From Stramenopiles sp. TOSAG23-2 (Eukaryota), in the NCBI GenBank assembly GCA_900128395.1, contig LT649347.1:1-34738 (forward strand): DNA of 34,738 bases, written 5' to 3'. Within the stretch, counting starts at the first letter, position 1, and the number at the start of each line of letters is the position of its first letter. The notes under the pieces are model-generated. The model was not told where the DNA came from, did not search any database, and was given only the letters and a program-made list of their open reading frames with translations. Shown piece by piece: positions 32,701 through 34,738 of the stretch. The position numbers and the translations under genes are program-made.

Positions 32701-34106
32701 TCCTATCTAGCTTAAAACAAAAAGAGGAGGAAGAAGAACAGGATGAAGAAACAGATGATGAAGGTGTTTATGAGGAAAATGAAAGTGATCATAATAATAA
32801 ACCAGGAAACGAACAAGATGGGGACATAGTAGAAATGAAATATCATGGATTTTTAAGCTATCCACAAGGTGATGGGGGTATTCTTGGTGCAAATTTCTAT
32901 AATGTACTACATAATAATTTAGGGATAAACTTATGGTATGATATGCCAATCACGCATACACATTCATTTGAAAAAATGAAAAAGGGTATACTTGCCAGCG
33001 ATATTTTCTTCGTAATTTTAACAGAAGATATATTATCCACACAAATTTGCCAAAATGCATTTGCAGTCGCTATTGAATATAACAAGCCAATTCAAATAAT
33101 AATTGAAAATGAAATGCGTTTTAACGGGTTTGATATAGATACGGAATGGGAACAGCGTTTAGTACCTGCTGATTTAGAAAGAAAACAAGAAGACGCATTG
33201 AGGAAAGCAGATGGGGAATGGCAAAAAGCTATTGGGTTATTAAATTTTACAAAAGCAGACACATCATCTGGAAGAGATATTGGTGAATTAGAAAAGGATA
33301 TCGCAAAAAAAGAAAAGGTTGTGATGAAATTGAAACTCGAAATCAAAAGCAGAGAAAATCTAGAAAAAATAATTGAAGAGGTAAAAGCTAATCTACAAAA
33401 TGCTGTGCCATATCGCCGTTTGCCTTTCGAGCAATGTGCTATGTTGTACGAAATATGCAAACGTAATCAATGGCATTTACCTCCAAAAATATCGAAAAGC
33501 GTGTATGTAGATACAATTCAAGTGGATAATGCTTATTTCAGACAATTGAAACCACGATGTAAAGTATACGTCATTTACAATTCGTTTAATGGCGATGATA
33601 TTCTAAATGAAATTAAAGAAAATATTCCATATATCACATTTACGGAGGATATTAATGATGTACCATTAGTGACATCCTACTTAGTTATATTAACAAAAGC
33701 AATACGAATTAGAAAAAGGGATGCTTTTTTCATGAAATGTTTAAACGATGATCAACGTTATGAAAACGTTGATAGGTTAATAACAATTACAAAACGGCAT
33801 CACGAGGATAGTACAGCAGTTTATAGTGATAAAGATGGATGGTTATTTGGCTCAGATGAGCAAAGAAAAGAACCGCGTGAGATTGCAGATGCAATTTCAA
33901 ACCATGAACCTATATATTATCGCCCAAAATCACATTGTATTGACACAAATGATCGTAAGAAAGAAGATGACCAAGCATATCCATATCGACATGAATTTAA
34001 CTGTATGAAAATGGAATTATTAAAACAAATTCGTCGTATGCATGAAGAGTATTGCAATATATTATTTGATCCTAAAAAAAGAAAGAAGGACAAGGCGGAG
34101 AGGTAA
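29766..34106 (+). CDS. Ankyrin repeat - virus-like insert - ankyrin - pseudokinase - TIR-like multidomain protein
   Basis: Ankyrin motifs (GWTLLHYAA, DEDGMTALDVA, GRTPLH); kinase motifs VVLK, HCNIKPKN, KLADLC, YMAPE, DIWSLGVILYEL and RPSIDDIFNHPF; TIR-like YHGFLSY...LWYD...GILASDIFFVILT...ICQNAF...KPIQII. Confidence 0.88.
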   Translation: MIKTLHDKDPNKWQKTTLKHFKNVMEKLCHPEQEEEQNTKDEEEEKEQIVIDPYIILTTKDYLGRIPIYHAITNGANKYVVDYIKNIMVEGGVSEKFLNNIIGNATITSAENNNTDNNNNCRMIAGLYECDIDAEAWKYTTADHVKLLMKEKIKEKKKMNGTSPGGSKYDVNDTKRMEQMLNTDGGRWGNIPIFYAVYYSAKMSVVKYMFENNKYGTLNWRSDTGWTLLHYAAIWNQCHLLPYLILAYGMNENGLYVKDEDGMTALDVANDFTRKDAATILSKPFITLKEYYIHMVKTEKHNKDITCKFNEELKTFLNIIKDEYASQTKNIEKYYDFEKIDDDDETYMFEFLENYDETFMKIDIENKNEDTKLFAKDGPALINYINLFKIWDYGSIKEEEKVIIWKHLLNLCNIALQYIDIEESDIDLLVEEYSILHLAILLKGDLDGIDFILNEEPDLTCKLDILGRTPLHCILNNINVNDLESLELGLTYFKRLVHVKPSSATILNVDKKTPLQLICELPYHSILSIPSNANRRIRESERNDEDQDVCNSKKDDISTVHLEIIKVLYNAMPSTTFHDQEHHDRQNIIKSYCIWPKALLWFKLLGSTYARYTITQSTNISTIHKSNMAIVHNAVDLMENNKNVVLKIMKDKENFLNEIYARKIKDDAYRNNIDECAIKVLGWHVPFDQDAFATIDKNASKLSQKIVNRYENAERTNNAGEYVLVLEPAICTLYDDINTQFFAGRNIQEVIQTFYEIVTRVNQLHKLGLVHCNIKPKNILKVKSNATTGDPSRNFKYKLADLCQCKNIGEFRCIKEEATGDKGKPISDNEKFDLNSKSGEYSSAYMAPEFAQHFFANLQPQKGIEVKPSMDIWSLGVILYELCTDEFLFKKDTSRDNLLNNIDKARLCLWHTIPDDNYLDKVFLNTIIEKKEGEEDDEKKKRTDAIKASVFFAKNLIRWCLKGKENERPSIDDIFNHPFLSSLKQKEEEEEQDEETDDEGVYEENESDHNNKPGNEQDGDIVEMKYHGFLSYPQGDGGILGANFYNVLHNNLGINLWYDMPITHTHSFEKMKKGILASDIFFVILTEDILSTQICQNAFAVAIEYNKPIQIIIENEMRFNGFDIDTEWEQRLVPADLERKQEDALRKADGEWQKAIGLLNFTKADTSSGRDIGELEKDIAKKEKVVMKLKLEIKSRENLEKIIEEVKANLQNAVPYRRLPFEQCAMLYEICKRNQWHLPPKISKSVYVDTIQVDNAYFRQLKPRCKVYVIYNSFNGDDILNEIKENIPYITFTEDINDVPLVTSYLVILTKAIRIRKRDAFFMKCLNDDQRYENVDRLITITKRHHEDSTAVYSDKDGWLFGSDEQRKEPREIADAISNHEPIYYRPKSHCIDTNDRKKEDDQAYPYRHEFNCMKMELLKQIRRMHEEYCNILFDPKKRKKDKAER

Positions 34107-34738
34107 ATAATAAAGGTCCTAATAGACTTTTTAGAAGGATAGTATTTATACATATATTCAAAAAATATAATTAAAATAAAATATAACCAATATATTTAAC
34201 ATGCATATATATGATGGTTAATATAACATATGAGTAAGAGAAAAACACATATATGATGGTTAAAATCTAAGTTATAATATGCATAATATATGATACATGA
34301 TATAATTTATATATAATATATGAGTAAGAGAACATTTTATATATATATTTAAAATACCGTAAAATTTGTTTTAATATTTCAATACATCTCTCTCTACTGT
34401 GCTACTCTCTACGAACGGTACCTAAATTCTTCTCTGTTCAACTTCTGTTTTCGTTTTGATTAATTATTAATTTTGATATTTCACCTTTTAATTGTATCAA
34501 CAAATGATTTATTTTTTTATATTTCTTCGGTATTCCCCCCCCCCATAGAATTATTCAAATCATCAGCATTACTATGATGATGGTCCGCTAAGGACGATAA
34601 ATTATCGTCTCCTCCAATTGTTTTCCTATCTTTCCTATTTAACAAATCTTTTTCATATACATTTTCTAAACGGCCTCCATCAATGGAGCACAATAATTAG
34701 AATCTGTACTTGGTCCTATCAGATTTGTATACTGAGGA

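Noticed and set aside
34188-34333. Short imperfect repeats (ATATATGATGGTTAA, ATATGAGTAAGAGAA)
   Set aside because: Low-complexity AT-rich 3' flank with no further structure.
34380-34738. Protein-like minus-strand text at the window end (SIDGGRLENVYEKDLL...)
   Set aside because: Broken by stops and frame changes around a G10 run. It may be a pseudogene or gene tail but cannot be called here.
1-34738. Bacterial or viral origin of the contig
   Set aside because: RPS13, Derlin, dynein, presequences and poly-Asn tracts show a eukaryotic nuclear locus; no viral hallmark genes, tRNAs or rRNAs were seen.

Overview
AT-rich nuclear DNA from a gene-dense, almost intron-free microbial eukaryote. It is probably flagellated (axonemal dynein intermediate chain) and plausibly a stramenopile; that assignment is inferred from gene content only. 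It uses the standard code, since TAA, TAG and TGA all end genes. Housekeeping genes include a PfkB kinase, a DNAI2-like dynein chain, COX10, Derlin, LpxB, RPS13 and a DHX36-like helicase. They are interspersed with receptor/immunity-like genes: a frameshifted Sel1-repeat gene, a multi-TM LRR-LNR gene between degenerate direct repeats, and a 1446-aa ankyrin-pseudokinase-TIR protein. The top lead is that this last protein carries a ~110-aa domain resembling a giant-virus (Nucleocytoviricota) protein family, like an integrated decoy. Other leads are a cryptic minus-strand gene whose four internal stops are removed by two 18-nt GT-AG segments, a stand-alone voltage-sensor domain, and a glutaredoxin-DUF442 fusion. 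Several 95-220 bp tandem duplications may be assembly artefacts. All family calls come from motif recognition by eye, not database searches.
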